This document shows positions 48,134 to 57,788 of a stretch of DNA of 64,000 nucleotides, in pieces (within the stretch, counting starts at the first letter, position 1; the number at the start of each line of letters is the position of its first letter). Location of the stretch: contig DUCF01000056.1 of the NCBI GenBank assembly GCA_012959965.1, positions 11,036 to 75,035 on the forward strand. The letters run 5' to 3'. A program made the position numbers and the translations under genes. A model generated the notes under the pieces. The model was not told the DNA's origin, made no database searches, and saw nothing but the letters and a program-made list of their open reading frames with translations. The DNA is from Candidatus Thioglobus sp. GTDB lineage: Bacteria > Pseudomonadota > Gammaproteobacteria > PS1 > Pseudothioglobaceae.

Positions 48134-49906
48134 TTAACGATGCAACTTATTCACACCATAATCTTTGTACTTTTCTAAATAGCGCACTGGCTTACTGAGT
48201 GCATCTTTTCTAAACGGGTCACCCAACTCACGGGTACACATAATTTCGATTATGGTAGTCTTGCCTTCATTCATTTGCATATCAATGGCTTTTTTCAACG
48301 CTGGACCCACTTCTTCAAGCTTGTCAACGCGGATACCTTCTGCACCCATTGACTCAGCAATATTGACAAAATGTTGATCGGTTAGCTCTGCTGCCACAAA
48401 ACGTCTGTCGTAGAAGTCCACTTGGTTCTTCTTTTCCGCACCCCAATGGCAATTATGGAATACCACAGCTGTTACTGGAATGTCATGACGGACACAAGTC
48501 ATTGTTTCTACCATGCTCATCGCCCAAGCACCATCACCAGCGTAAGAGACTGCTGGGCGGTGAGGGGCTGCTGCTTTAGCGCCGATAATGGTTGGTAGTG
48601 CATAACCGCAGTTACCAAAACTCATTGGTGCAAAGAAGCTGCGCGGTTTTTCAAAACGAAGGTAGCTGTTAGCGACCGAGTTGATGTTGCCAATATCAGT
48701 TGATACCATGACATCTTCAGGCATCGCCTTTTCCAGTTCACGAAGCACCTGTCTTGGATGTAACCAACCTTCTTCAAGGTCTTCGATCATATCCAGGCTG
48801 TATTGGTCTGTTTCATGAATCCAATTGTCTAGCTCTTCTTCCCAGGCAACCTTTTCTTCAGCGATCTTGCTCGCTCTTTGTGTTTTTGTTGCATCGCAGG
48901 CAAGCGTTGCTGCTGCCAATTTATTCGTTAGCGCCTCAGCCACCGCTTTGGCATCACCACAAATACCCACCGTAATTGGCTTAACAAGACCAAGCATCTT
49001 GTGGTCGGCGTCAATTTGTACGATTTTGGCGTCTTTTGGCCAATAATCCATGTCATGCTGAGGTAATGTACCAAAAGGACCTAGGCGCGTACCCAAGGCG
49101 ATAACAACATCAGCTTTTGAGATTAACTTCATCGCAGCTTTAGAGCCTTGATAGCCCAAAGGACCACACCACAGTTCATGGCTGGCCGGAAAGGAGTCGT
49201 TATGCAGGTAGGAATTAACCACTGGTGCGCCCAAACGCTCAGCCAAGGCCTTGCATTCATCAACACCATCGGCCATCACCACACCACCGCCAGATACAAT
49301 CACTGGGAACTCGGCTTGGGCGATAAGGTTAACAGCATCGTTAAGCGACTCTTCACCACCCGTACCACGATCAATGCGTCGAGGCTGGGGGATGGTAAAT
49401 TCACCATCGGCATAAAAATAATCTCTTGGGATGTTAAGCTGTGTTGGTGCCATTTCACTCATCGCACGATCAAAGCAACGACCCGTGAACTCTGCCATTC
49501 TCATTGGATTACAGACGTGCCCTTGGTACTTAGTAAACTCTTGGAACATAGGCAGCTGGTTAGCCTCTTGGAAACCACCAAGACCCGTACCCATAGTGCC
49601 TGCTTCAGGAGTAATAATAACTACTGGGCTATGCGCCCAATAAGCTGCTGCGATAGCGGTGACACAATTAGAAATACCGGGGCCATTTTGACCAATGACA
49701 ACGCCGTGTTTACCACTAACGCGAGCATAGCCATCGGCCATGTGTCCTGCACCCTGCTCATGAACAACGGGAATTAAGCGGATACCAGCTGGTTCAAAGA
49801 TATCCATGGCATCCATAAATGCGGATCCCATTATGCCAAAGATGTCTTTAACATCGTTTGCAACCATTGTTTCTACAAAGGCCTCACTTGAGGTCATTTT
49901 TGTCAT
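48134..49906 (-). CDS. xsc: sulfoacetaldehyde acetyltransferase (ThDP-dependent)
   Basis: 590 aa. The N-terminus M(T)KMTSSEAFVETMVANDVKDIFGIMGSAFMDA.. and NIPRDYF closely follow the Xsc pattern. ThDP motif YAGDGAWAMS. AGGAGA ribosome-binding site. Confidence 0.85.
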   Translation of the reverse strand: MTKMTSSEAFVETMVANDVKDIFGIMGSAFMDAMDIFEPAGIRLIPVVHEQGAGHMADGYARVSGKHGVVIGQNGPGISNCVTAIAAAYWAHSPVVIITPEAGTMGTGLGGFQEANQLPMFQEFTKYQGHVCNPMRMAEFTGRCFDRAMSEMAPTQLNIPRDYFYADGEFTIPQPRRIDRGTGGEESLNDAVNLIAQAEFPVIVSGGGVVMADGVDECKALAERLGAPVVNSYLHNDSFPASHELWCGPLGYQGSKAAMKLISKADVVIALGTRLGPFGTLPQHDMDYWPKDAKIVQIDADHKMLGLVKPITVGICGDAKAVAEALTNKLAAATLACDATKTQRASKIAEEKVAWEEELDNWIHETDQYSLDMIEDLEEGWLHPRQVLRELEKAMPEDVMVSTDIGNINSVANSYLRFEKPRSFFAPMSFGNCGYALPTIIGAKAAAPHRPAVSYAGDGAWAMSMVETMTCVRHDIPVTAVVFHNCHWGAEKKNQVDFYDRRFVAAELTDQHFVNIAESMGAEGIRVDKLEEVGPALKKAIDMQMNEGKTTIIEIMCTRELGDPFRKDALSKPVRYLEKYKDYGVNKLHR

Positions 49907-49928
49907 TTCTTGTTTCTCCTGTTAAAAA

Positions 49929-51047
49929 TTAATTGTTGAGCGCATCCAGTGCGCAGTAATATTCATAGCCCAAATCATGAGCAACCTCTTCACATGTCAC
50001 TTTGCCCGAATGCACGTTTAAGCCCGCTCTCAGGTGTTCATCATCCAGCAACGCCTGAGTAACGCCTTTATTGGCGATATCAAGGGCAAAAGGCAGGGTG
50101 ACATTATTTAAGGCATAAGTTGATGTTTTTGGCACGCCGCCAGGCATATTGGCAACACAGTAATGCACCACTTCATCAACCACATAGGTTGGTTCGGCAT
50201 GGGTGGTTGCTTTTGATGTTTCAAAACAGCCGCCTTGATCAATCGCGACATCGACCACAACAGAGCCAGGCTTCATTGCTTTAATCATTTCTTTGGTTAC
50301 CAATTTAGGCGCCTCAGAGCCAGGTATTAATACTCCGCCGATAACTAGGTCAGCACTTGTTACATGCTCTTCAACTGAACTTTGTGTGGAAAACACAGCA
50401 TTCGTTGCCCGGCCAAATTGTTGCCAATGTTCTTCAAGTGTTTCTGGGTTATTATCTAAAACCCAAACATCGGCGCCCATACCAACAGCAATGTGCGCTG
50501 CATGACTACCAACAACGCCACCACCAATAATAACAACTTTTAAAGGCTCAACGCCAGGCACACCACCCAGTAATGCGCCCAAACCGCCGTTTGGCTGTTC
50601 AAGAAAATGTGCGCCGGCTTGAACCGCCATACGTCCCGCTACTTTAGACATTGGCGCCAGCAATGGCAAGCCGCCTTGCGCTGCGGTTACGGTTTCGTAA
50701 GCAATACAGATTGCACCACTTGCAATCAGGTCTTTGGTTTGTTCCGGGTCGGGGGCAAGATGAAGATAGGTATAGAGTATCTGATCTTGACGCAGCATCG
50801 CTCTTTCAATGGCCTGAGGTTCTTTAACCTTGATAATCATCTCTGCGCTGGCAAAGATCTCTGCGGCAGTGTCTATAATCTTCGCCCCGGCACTGATGTA
50901 ATTCTCATCACTGGCACCAATGCCATTGCCGGCATTGGTCTCGACCAAGACCTGATGACCGTGTTTGACGCATTCCTTGACACTGGACGGTGTCAGTCCT
51001 ACTCTGTATTCATGGTTTTTGATTTCTTTGGGTATACCAATGATCAT
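49929..51047 (-). CDS. ald: alanine dehydrogenase
   Basis: MIIGIPKEIKNHEYRVGLTP and NAD fold VVIIGGGVVGSHAA; 372 aa. Confidence 0.9.
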   Translation of the reverse strand: MIIGIPKEIKNHEYRVGLTPSSVKECVKHGHQVLVETNAGNGIGASDENYISAGAKIIDTAAEIFASAEMIIKVKEPQAIERAMLRQDQILYTYLHLAPDPEQTKDLIASGAICIAYETVTAAQGGLPLLAPMSKVAGRMAVQAGAHFLEQPNGGLGALLGGVPGVEPLKVVIIGGGVVGSHAAHIAVGMGADVWVLDNNPETLEEHWQQFGRATNAVFSTQSSVEEHVTSADLVIGGVLIPGSEAPKLVTKEMIKAMKPGSVVVDVAIDQGGCFETSKATTHAEPTYVVDEVVHYCVANMPGGVPKTSTYALNNVTLPFALDIANKGVTQALLDDEHLRAGLNVHSGKVTCEEVAHDLGYEYYCALDALNN

Positions 51048-51064
51048 AATTTCTCCTAATTAAA

Positions 51065-52426
51065 CTAAGCGTTCTCTGTCAATGCCACATCTACCGCATC
51101 AACAATCGAATCAATATCACTTTTACTGGCCACAAATGCCGGACTGAAGAGCAAGACGTTGTTTGCATCGACAAAACTGCGATTGGTTCTTCCAATCATC
51201 ACTTTGTTTTTCAAACAATGCCCGACAATCGCAACAACGTCTTGATCGGCAAGCGGCTCTTTGGTTTCTCTGTCTTTAACCAGTTCTACGCCGCAAAACA
51301 AACCCTTGCCGCGAACGTCACCTATAACCGGGTGCTTGTCCTGAAGTTCAAATAATTTATCTTTAAGATAGTTGCCCATATTGCAGACATTCTCAAGCAA
51401 GCTTTCTCTTTTAATAATCTTTAAAGTTTCTAATGCAGCCGCAGGGCCAGCCGTACAACCACCAAAAGTCGAAATATCTCTAAAGTAACTTTCAGGATCG
51501 GCTGGATTTTGCTTAAACAGTTCAAAAACTTTTTCGGTGGTTACTGTCACTGAAATAGCCGCATAACCTGCAGCCAAACCCTTGGCAATGGTGACAATAT
51601 CCGGCTGCACTTTATAATGCTGATAGCCAAACCACTTACCGGTTCTACCAAGGCCGCAAACCACTTCGTCAATATGCAGCAAAACATCATATTTTCTGCA
51701 AATTGATTCGATGATTGGAAAATACTCCGGAACAGGTGGTATAACACCACCACCAGCCGTGATAGGCTCTAGCACAACCGAACCTACTGTTTCCGGTCCT
51801 TCTTGCTGAATGATGGTTTCAAGCGCGTGTGCACATTCAATATTGCACTCACCATATTTTTTTCCAAACGGGCAGCGGTAGCACAAGCAATGCGGCATTT
51901 CCACAAAACCCGGGGCAAAGGGTCCGTATTGATTTTTTCGTTGGGCATGACCAGTGGAGCTCAAAGCCCCGATAGTCGTGCCGTGGTAATCGCGATCGCG
52001 ATAAATAATTTTATGTTTTTTGCCGTTGTTATAAGAATGAGCACGCTGTCTCACCATCTTATAACCCTTTTCATTGGCTTCTGAGCCGGAGTTTGAATAA
52101 TAAACTCGGTCAAACCCTGGCATGATGTCAGTCAATTCTTTGGCGTATTCAGCTCCAGGTTCAGTACCAAAAGCACCGGCAAAATAGGGGATGTCCTTCA
52201 ATTGATTCGCAACGGCGTCCACCATATCATCTCTGCCAAAGCCCAAATTGACCGTCCAAACACCGCCTGAAGTCGCGTCCAGATAATCATCGCCTTTGGC
52301 GTCAGTCACAACCAAGCCTTTACCTTTTACGATTACCAAGGGGTCAGTAGTCTCAAAAGCCTTGTGCTGAGTTAAATGATGCCAAACATGCTGCCTATCA
52401 TTTTGTATAATTGTATTATCAGACAT
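51065..52426 (-). CDS. tpa: taurine:pyruvate aminotransferase (class III aminotransferase)
   Basis: HVWHHLTQH...LDATSGGVWTVNLGFGR and HIDEVVCGLGRTGKWFG. Operon with ald and xsc. The start at 52426 (MSDNT) has AGGAG 6 nt upstream; the track start is 52444. Confidence 0.75.
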   Translation of the reverse strand: MSDNTIIQNDRQHVWHHLTQHKAFETTDPLVIVKGKGLVVTDAKGDDYLDATSGGVWTVNLGFGRDDMVDAVANQLKDIPYFAGAFGTEPGAEYAKELTDIMPGFDRVYYSNSGSEANEKGYKMVRQRAHSYNNGKKHKIIYRDRDYHGTTIGALSSTGHAQRKNQYGPFAPGFVEMPHCLCYRCPFGKKYGECNIECAHALETIIQQEGPETVGSVVLEPITAGGGVIPPVPEYFPIIESICRKYDVLLHIDEVVCGLGRTGKWFGYQHYKVQPDIVTIAKGLAAGYAAISVTVTTEKVFELFKQNPADPESYFRDISTFGGCTAGPAAALETLKIIKRESLLENVCNMGNYLKDKLFELQDKHPVIGDVRGKGLFCGVELVKDRETKEPLADQDVVAIVGHCLKNKVMIGRTNRSFVDANNVLLFSPAFVASKSDIDSIVDAVDVALTENA

Positions 52427-52531
52427 AACTCTCCTTTTCGTCATAATTATCTATAATTAGAATTGTAGGATATTTTCGGTGTTAATTTAACTTATCTATA
52501 GAACCAGAAAACATGGACTTAATGAACCAAA

Positions 52532-54007
52532 ATGATGGATGAAATGTGGCACCAATTCTTTTCGTTGCGTCGTGACAAACCTCGCACGCTTCAGTTGCAA
52601 ATCCGTCAGCAGTTAATCGACGCTATTAGCGGTGGTCTTATACGCCCCAAAGAGCCACTACCCTCTTCGAGAGAGCTCGCCAGTGAATTAAATGTTGCCA
52701 GAAACACCGTTATAGCCGCCTACAAAGAATTAGAGTTTGATGGCTATATCATTGCGCAAGAGCGACGTGGCTATTTTGTTAGTGTAGTAAGTTATGAACA
52801 ACTCTCCGACGCTGAGCCTTCAACTGTTGTCGCGGAGGAGCCAAATTGGATGGCTCGATTAATTACCAAAAAGCCATCCACTAAGGTAAATATCGTTAAA
52901 TCTGTAGATTGGCAAAAAGAGCCTTATCCATTCACAGTTGGGCAGCTTGAACACAGCTTAATTCCATTTTACGAATGGCGTGAAGTGGTTAGACACTCTT
53001 CTACAGTACCCGAAATAAAGAAATGGAACATCGATCATGTCGATTCCGACGACCCCTCTCTGATTAAACAAATTCAATCCAAAGTCTTGCCAAAAAGAGG
53101 GATTTGGGCTAACAAAAAACAAATATTGATTACTGCAGGAAGTCAAAATGCGATTTATATTCTTGCAAACCTTCTTGTTGGGCAAAACACCTCTGTTTGT
53201 ATTGAAGACCCAGGCTATCCTGATGTGCGTAATATTTTTAGCTTTAAAACAGACAAATTAAAACCAGTTGCCGTTGACAAAGAAGGCGTAATTGTTGATA
53301 ACATCGAACCCAGTTGTGACCTTATTTACACAACTCCAAGTCATCAATACCCAACTGGAGTTACGATGAGCATGGAAAGACGAAAACAGCTCTTGGAGTT
53401 TGCTCATGAGAATGGCACAGTCATCATCGAAGATGACTATGAAGCGGAAATCAATTTCTTAAAAAAGCCGCATCCATCGCTAAAAAGCCTAGATAAGCAC
53501 AACAACGTTATCTATGTTGGTAGCTTCTCTAAGGCTTTTGCTCCAGGACTGCGGTTAGGCTACCTTGTTGCGCCGGAGAGCTTTATCACGGAGGCAAGAG
53601 CCTTAAGACGCCTAATGATGCGCCATGTGCCGGCAAATAATCAACGCTCTGTTGCGCTCTTCATTGGCCTAGGTCATTATCACAACATGTTTGCCAAAAT
53701 ACGAAAAACCAACAAGGAACGCTGGGGTTTAATTAACGAAAAGATAAAAAATGAACCTTTGCTTTCTTGTGTGCCCACGTTGGGTGGCTCCACTTTTTGG
53801 ATTAAAATTCCCGAATCAATTGACTCTAAATTGCTATGTGAAGAACTACTTAAAAAAGGGGTTGTGTTGAGGCCAGGCCATGTCTCTTTTTTCTGCAACA
53901 ATCACCCACAAAATTATCTACACCTAGGTTATTCAGCTATTGATACCAGAAAAATCAATAGAGGTATGGGACTTCTCATCAATCAAATCAAATTAATGAT
54001 GACGTAG
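52532..54007 (+). CDS. tauR: MocR-subfamily GntR regulator (TauR-like)
   Basis: N-terminal wHTH LPSSRELASELNVARNTVIAAYKELEFDGYI, fused to an aminotransferase-like domain (SFSKAFAPGLRLGY). Divergent from tpa. Confidence 0.7.
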   Translation: MMDEMWHQFFSLRRDKPRTLQLQIRQQLIDAISGGLIRPKEPLPSSRELASELNVARNTVIAAYKELEFDGYIIAQERRGYFVSVVSYEQLSDAEPSTVVAEEPNWMARLITKKPSTKVNIVKSVDWQKEPYPFTVGQLEHSLIPFYEWREVVRHSSTVPEIKKWNIDHVDSDDPSLIKQIQSKVLPKRGIWANKKQILITAGSQNAIYILANLLVGQNTSVCIEDPGYPDVRNIFSFKTDKLKPVAVDKEGVIVDNIEPSCDLIYTTPSHQYPTGVTMSMERRKQLLEFAHENGTVIIEDDYEAEINFLKKPHPSLKSLDKHNNVIYVGSFSKAFAPGLRLGYLVAPESFITEARALRRLMMRHVPANNQRSVALFIGLGHYHNMFAKIRKTNKERWGLINEKIKNEPLLSCVPTLGGSTFWIKIPESIDSKLLCEELLKKGVVLRPGHVSFFCNNHPQNYLHLGYSAIDTRKINRGMGLLINQIKLMMT

Positions 54008-54009
54008 CT

Positions 54010-56481
54010 TTAAACCCTAATTTTTGTGTTTTTCGGATCAAACATAGACACTAAAGATACCCTAACAGATTGCACTTCACCTGCTACTTCCAGAGTGTAG
54101 CTATCATTTAATATCTCCTCATCACTGGCACCAGGGTTGCAATTAATGTAACCAAGGCCCACAGCAGCGCCGAGCGCATGACCGTATGAGCCACTTGTTA
54201 GGAAGCTTACCACTTCGCCATTCTTTAATATAGGTTCATTGTGGTAAAGCATGGCTTCTGGGTCGTCTAGCAAAAATTGCATGAGGCGCTTTTCTAGGCC
54301 TTTTTCTTTTTTCTCAAGCACAGCCTGGTGACCAATGAAGATGCCAAATTTTGAAGGATTTTTGCCCGTTTTAACCGCAAAACCTAAGCCCGCTTCAAGC
54401 ACATTGTCTTCATCGGTAATATCGTGACCAAAGTGCCTATAAGTTTTTTCGGTGCGACAAGAGTCCACTGCGTGCATACCACATAATTTAAGTGAGAATT
54501 CTTGGCCTTTTTCTACCAAAAGTTCAGCCACGTATTCTGAGTATTCGATTGGAAAATAAATCTCCCAGCCCAGCTCACCAACATAAGTTAGTCTGTGCGC
54601 GCGAACGTTTGCCATACCAAGCTCCATCTGGCAAGTGCTGGCAAACGGCATATTTTCATGACTCAGATCATAATCTGTTAATGATTGCAACAAATCTCTT
54701 GAATTCGGCCCCATAATAGCCAAACAGTTTTCACTATTGGTTGCATCAAAAAATGCACAATTTGCACCATCAGGTAAATTTCTCTCCAGCCAATTCATAT
54801 CACGATTAGCACACATTGCGCCACCAACAACTAGATAATCATCCTTAGCCAGTCTAGTAATTGTTACATCCGCTTCAATACCACCCTTGTTGTTAAGCCA
54901 TTGCGTATATACGATTTTTCCAATCGGCACATCGACGTCATTGGCACAAATGTATTGTAAATAATCCATTGCATCAACACCTTTAACTCGGATTTTAGAG
55001 AACGATAGCATCTCATACATACCGACGCTCTCACGAATCGCCATATGTTCTTGGCGGTGATAATCAAACCAATTTTGCTTATCCCAAGAGTATTCGTATT
55101 TTGCTTCAACGCCCTTCTCTAAATCTTCTGGGGAGACAAACCAATTTGGGCGCTCCCAACCCGCCACCTCGCCATAACAAGCGCCGTGGTCTGTAAAAAA
55201 TTGGTGCAAAGGTGAGCGTCGCAAGCCCCTGCCTGTAGAAAATTGGTGATAGGGAAAGTGGTTTTCGTACAAATAACCAAGAGACTCACTAACCCGATTT
55301 GCAAGATAGGTTTTATTGTTTTGGAAAGGTTGCATGCGTCTAACATCCACTTCCCAGAGATCACATGGCGGCTCACCACCAACAATCCATTCAGCCATGT
55401 ACTTGCCCGCACCGCCAGCAGCTTGAATACCAATGGAATTAAAGCCTGCAGCAACATAAAAATTCCTTACCTCGGGGCACTCACCCATTTGGAAACTATC
55501 ATCAGGAGTAAAACTCTCTGGGCCGTTAAAAAAAGTTTCTAGCCCTAATTTTTCCATCACCGGCAAGCGATTCATCGCCAACTCAAGGTAGGGCATCATA
55601 TGCTCTAAGTCGTCCGGAATTTGATCAAAACAAAAATCTTCAGGAATGCCATTTTGCCCCCACGGCTTAGCATGTGGCTCAAACAAGCCGATTAATATCT
55701 TACCAGCATCTTCCTTGTAGTAGGCACTTTCATCGGGCACACGAACGGTTGGCATGTCGCCTAAATTTTCAACCGGAGATGTTAATGCATAATAATGCTC
55801 ACAGGCGTGAAGAGGTACATTTGCTCCAGCCATTAAGCCCACCTCTCTTGCCCACATCCCTCCACAATTAACAACAATTTCTGATTGAATGTCGCCTTGG
55901 TCGGTGGTTACACCAGTTATCCTGCCGTGGTCTTTATGAATGGCAGTAACTTTAACATCTTCAAATATTTTAACGCCGAGGTTTTTCGCGCCTTTTGCAA
56001 GAGCCATAGCAATATTGGCTGGATCTCCTTTACCGTCTCGTGGAATCCAAACACCACCAACAACATCATCAAGATTGAACAAATCAATTTTTGATTTAAG
56101 CTCACTCGGACAGAGGATATGGGCGTCAACGCCGTGCACTTTGGCCAAAGAGGCGTTTCGTTTAAATTCTGTAAAACGCTCCTCATTGGTTGCAAGGCTG
56201 ATTGACCCCGAGCGCCTAAAGCCTGTGGCAACACCCGTCTCTGCCTCCAATTTTTCATACAGATTGCCGGAATACTTTACCATCTGTGTTAAGTTTTGAG
56301 TGGCACGAAGCTGGCCAATGAGGCCGGCAGCATGCCAAGTAGTGCCTGAAGTGAGTTTTTTTCGCTCCAATAAAACTACATCGGTATAACCCAAATGCGC
56401 CAAATGATAAGCAACAGAGCAGCCAACCACGCCGCCACCAATAATAACAACTCGAGCCCTTGAAGGGATTAAATTAGACAT
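54010..56481 (-). CDS. dimethylglycine/sarcosine-dehydrogenase-family FAD oxidoreductase with C-terminal GcvT-like folate-binding domain
   Basis: RVVIIGGGVVGCSVAYHLA, covalent-flavin His context SGTTWHAAGL, and a C-terminal aminomethyltransferase-like half; 823 aa. It lies 38 nt downstream of tauC on the same strand. Confidence 0.85.
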   Translation of the reverse strand: MSNLIPSRARVVIIGGGVVGCSVAYHLAHLGYTDVVLLERKKLTSGTTWHAAGLIGQLRATQNLTQMVKYSGNLYEKLEAETGVATGFRRSGSISLATNEERFTEFKRNASLAKVHGVDAHILCPSELKSKIDLFNLDDVVGGVWIPRDGKGDPANIAMALAKGAKNLGVKIFEDVKVTAIHKDHGRITGVTTDQGDIQSEIVVNCGGMWAREVGLMAGANVPLHACEHYYALTSPVENLGDMPTVRVPDESAYYKEDAGKILIGLFEPHAKPWGQNGIPEDFCFDQIPDDLEHMMPYLELAMNRLPVMEKLGLETFFNGPESFTPDDSFQMGECPEVRNFYVAAGFNSIGIQAAGGAGKYMAEWIVGGEPPCDLWEVDVRRMQPFQNNKTYLANRVSESLGYLYENHFPYHQFSTGRGLRRSPLHQFFTDHGACYGEVAGWERPNWFVSPEDLEKGVEAKYEYSWDKQNWFDYHRQEHMAIRESVGMYEMLSFSKIRVKGVDAMDYLQYICANDVDVPIGKIVYTQWLNNKGGIEADVTITRLAKDDYLVVGGAMCANRDMNWLERNLPDGANCAFFDATNSENCLAIMGPNSRDLLQSLTDYDLSHENMPFASTCQMELGMANVRAHRLTYVGELGWEIYFPIEYSEYVAELLVEKGQEFSLKLCGMHAVDSCRTEKTYRHFGHDITDEDNVLEAGLGFAVKTGKNPSKFGIFIGHQAVLEKKEKGLEKRLMQFLLDDPEAMLYHNEPILKNGEVVSFLTSGSYGHALGAAVGLGYINCNPGASDEEILNDSYTLEVAGEVQSVRVSLVSMFDPKNTKIRV

Positions 56482-56519
56482 TGTCTCTCCATTAATAAAT
56501 AAAAGTTGCTATAGGAATC

Positions 56520-57788
56520 TTACTTTCCTTTCCAAGGAACTAGATATTTTTCTGAAATTCTCATTAGAATATCAATCGAATAGCCGATTACACCGATCAG
56601 AACAATTCCCAGAATAACAAGATCTGTCATCTGAAACTTTGAAGCATTAATAATCATCATGCCCGCGCCCTTTTGGGCGGCAACAAGTTCTGCAGCAACA
56701 ACTGTACCCCAACAAACACCCATCGCAACACGTGCACCTGTAAAAATTTCCGGCAAACTGTTAGGGATAATAACATGACGCATGATCTGCCACTTTGATG
56801 CACCCAAAGAATAGGCTGCGTGAATTTTACTGATTGTCACACCTGAGACACCTGCGCGCGCGGAAATAGTCATAATCCAAAGAGATGCTAAGAATAACAA
56901 TATAATTTTTCCCTCTTCATCAATTCCAAACCAAATAATTACTAGTGGAATAAGTGCAAGTGGGGGAACCGGGCGCATAAATTCAACGATTGGGTCAAAC
57001 CAGCCACGAAACCAACCCGAAAGGCCCATTGAATAGCCTAATGGTATACCAACAATGGCGCCAGCTAAAAATCCCCCAACTACACGAAGAAGTGACCAGC
57101 CAAGATGTTCAAACAAGCTGAAGTTTTTATACCCCTCAGAGGCTACCTTTATTAACCTCGACCAAACATCTTCAGGTGGTGGCAGGTAAAGAGACTCCAT
57201 TTGCCAACCTTTTTCTGGGGTAAGGCTAAGCGTGCCTTTGGCCGTCATATAGATTCTGGCATTGTCTATGAAAATTTCCGAACTGGGAGAAATACTCTGT
57301 CCATCAATAGAAACAACTTTATAGTCATTTTCGCCATAACCCACATCATTACGTCGAACCTTGATCAATCCACTGCGCCAAGCTGCAATGCTAGCAGAGT
57401 CATTTTTTGCAAACCCTGGACCTGGCTCAATATCGGGCTTAGGAAGCACCTTGTCAGATTTTGAATCATAAACAACAACTTTCACAAGCGCATCATCAGT
57501 TTCACCCGCTGCATTTGTAGCGGTGTAAGTAAAAGAAAAATCACCAATAAACGGCCCGGGGACATGAAACGGCATTAATTTTGAACCTGTAAATGCCCCC
57601 CAGATCATAAAGATAGCTAAAACCGAGATAAAAGAAGCAGCACGGTTAGATATCACCGCACTCTCATCACCAAAAGTAACTGTTTTAAGACTGGTAAAGT
57701 CTGTTTCTTTGGTTTTAAACTTTTCAATCGCCTTTATTGCGAAAAAAGCACCCACAAAAATAGCAATATAAATCAGTAAAATAGTCAT
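56520..57788 (-). CDS. tauC: taurine-type (NitT/TauT) ABC transporter permease with a large periplasmic insertion
   Basis: The C-terminal ~250 aa form a typical permease core. An N-terminal TM is followed by a ~130-150-aa soluble insertion. The start ATG at 57788 shares one base with the tauB stop (TAATG); the track start is 57833. Confidence 0.8.
   Translation of the reverse strand: MTILLIYIAIFVGAFFAIKAIEKFKTKETDFTSLKTVTFGDESAVISNRAASFISVLAIFMIWGAFTGSKLMPFHVPGPFIGDFSFTYTATNAAGETDDALVKVVVYDSKSDKVLPKPDIEPGPGFAKNDSASIAAWRSGLIKVRRNDVGYGENDYKVVSIDGQSISPSSEIFIDNARIYMTAKGTLSLTPEKGWQMESLYLPPPEDVWSRLIKVASEGYKNFSLFEHLGWSLLRVVGGFLAGAIVGIPLGYSMGLSGWFRGWFDPIVEFMRPVPPLALIPLVIIWFGIDEEGKIILLFLASLWIMTISARAGVSGVTISKIHAAYSLGASKWQIMRHVIIPNSLPEIFTGARVAMGVCWGTVVAAELVAAQKGAGMMIINASKFQMTDLVILGIVLIGVIGYSIDILMRISEKYLVPWKGK

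Noticed and set aside
49148-49777. 209-aa plus-strand ORF inside xsc, and a similar 159-aa ORF (58696-59175) inside tauA.
   Set aside because: They are antisense to genes with strong family signatures. There is no ribosome-binding site, and the translations have odd composition.
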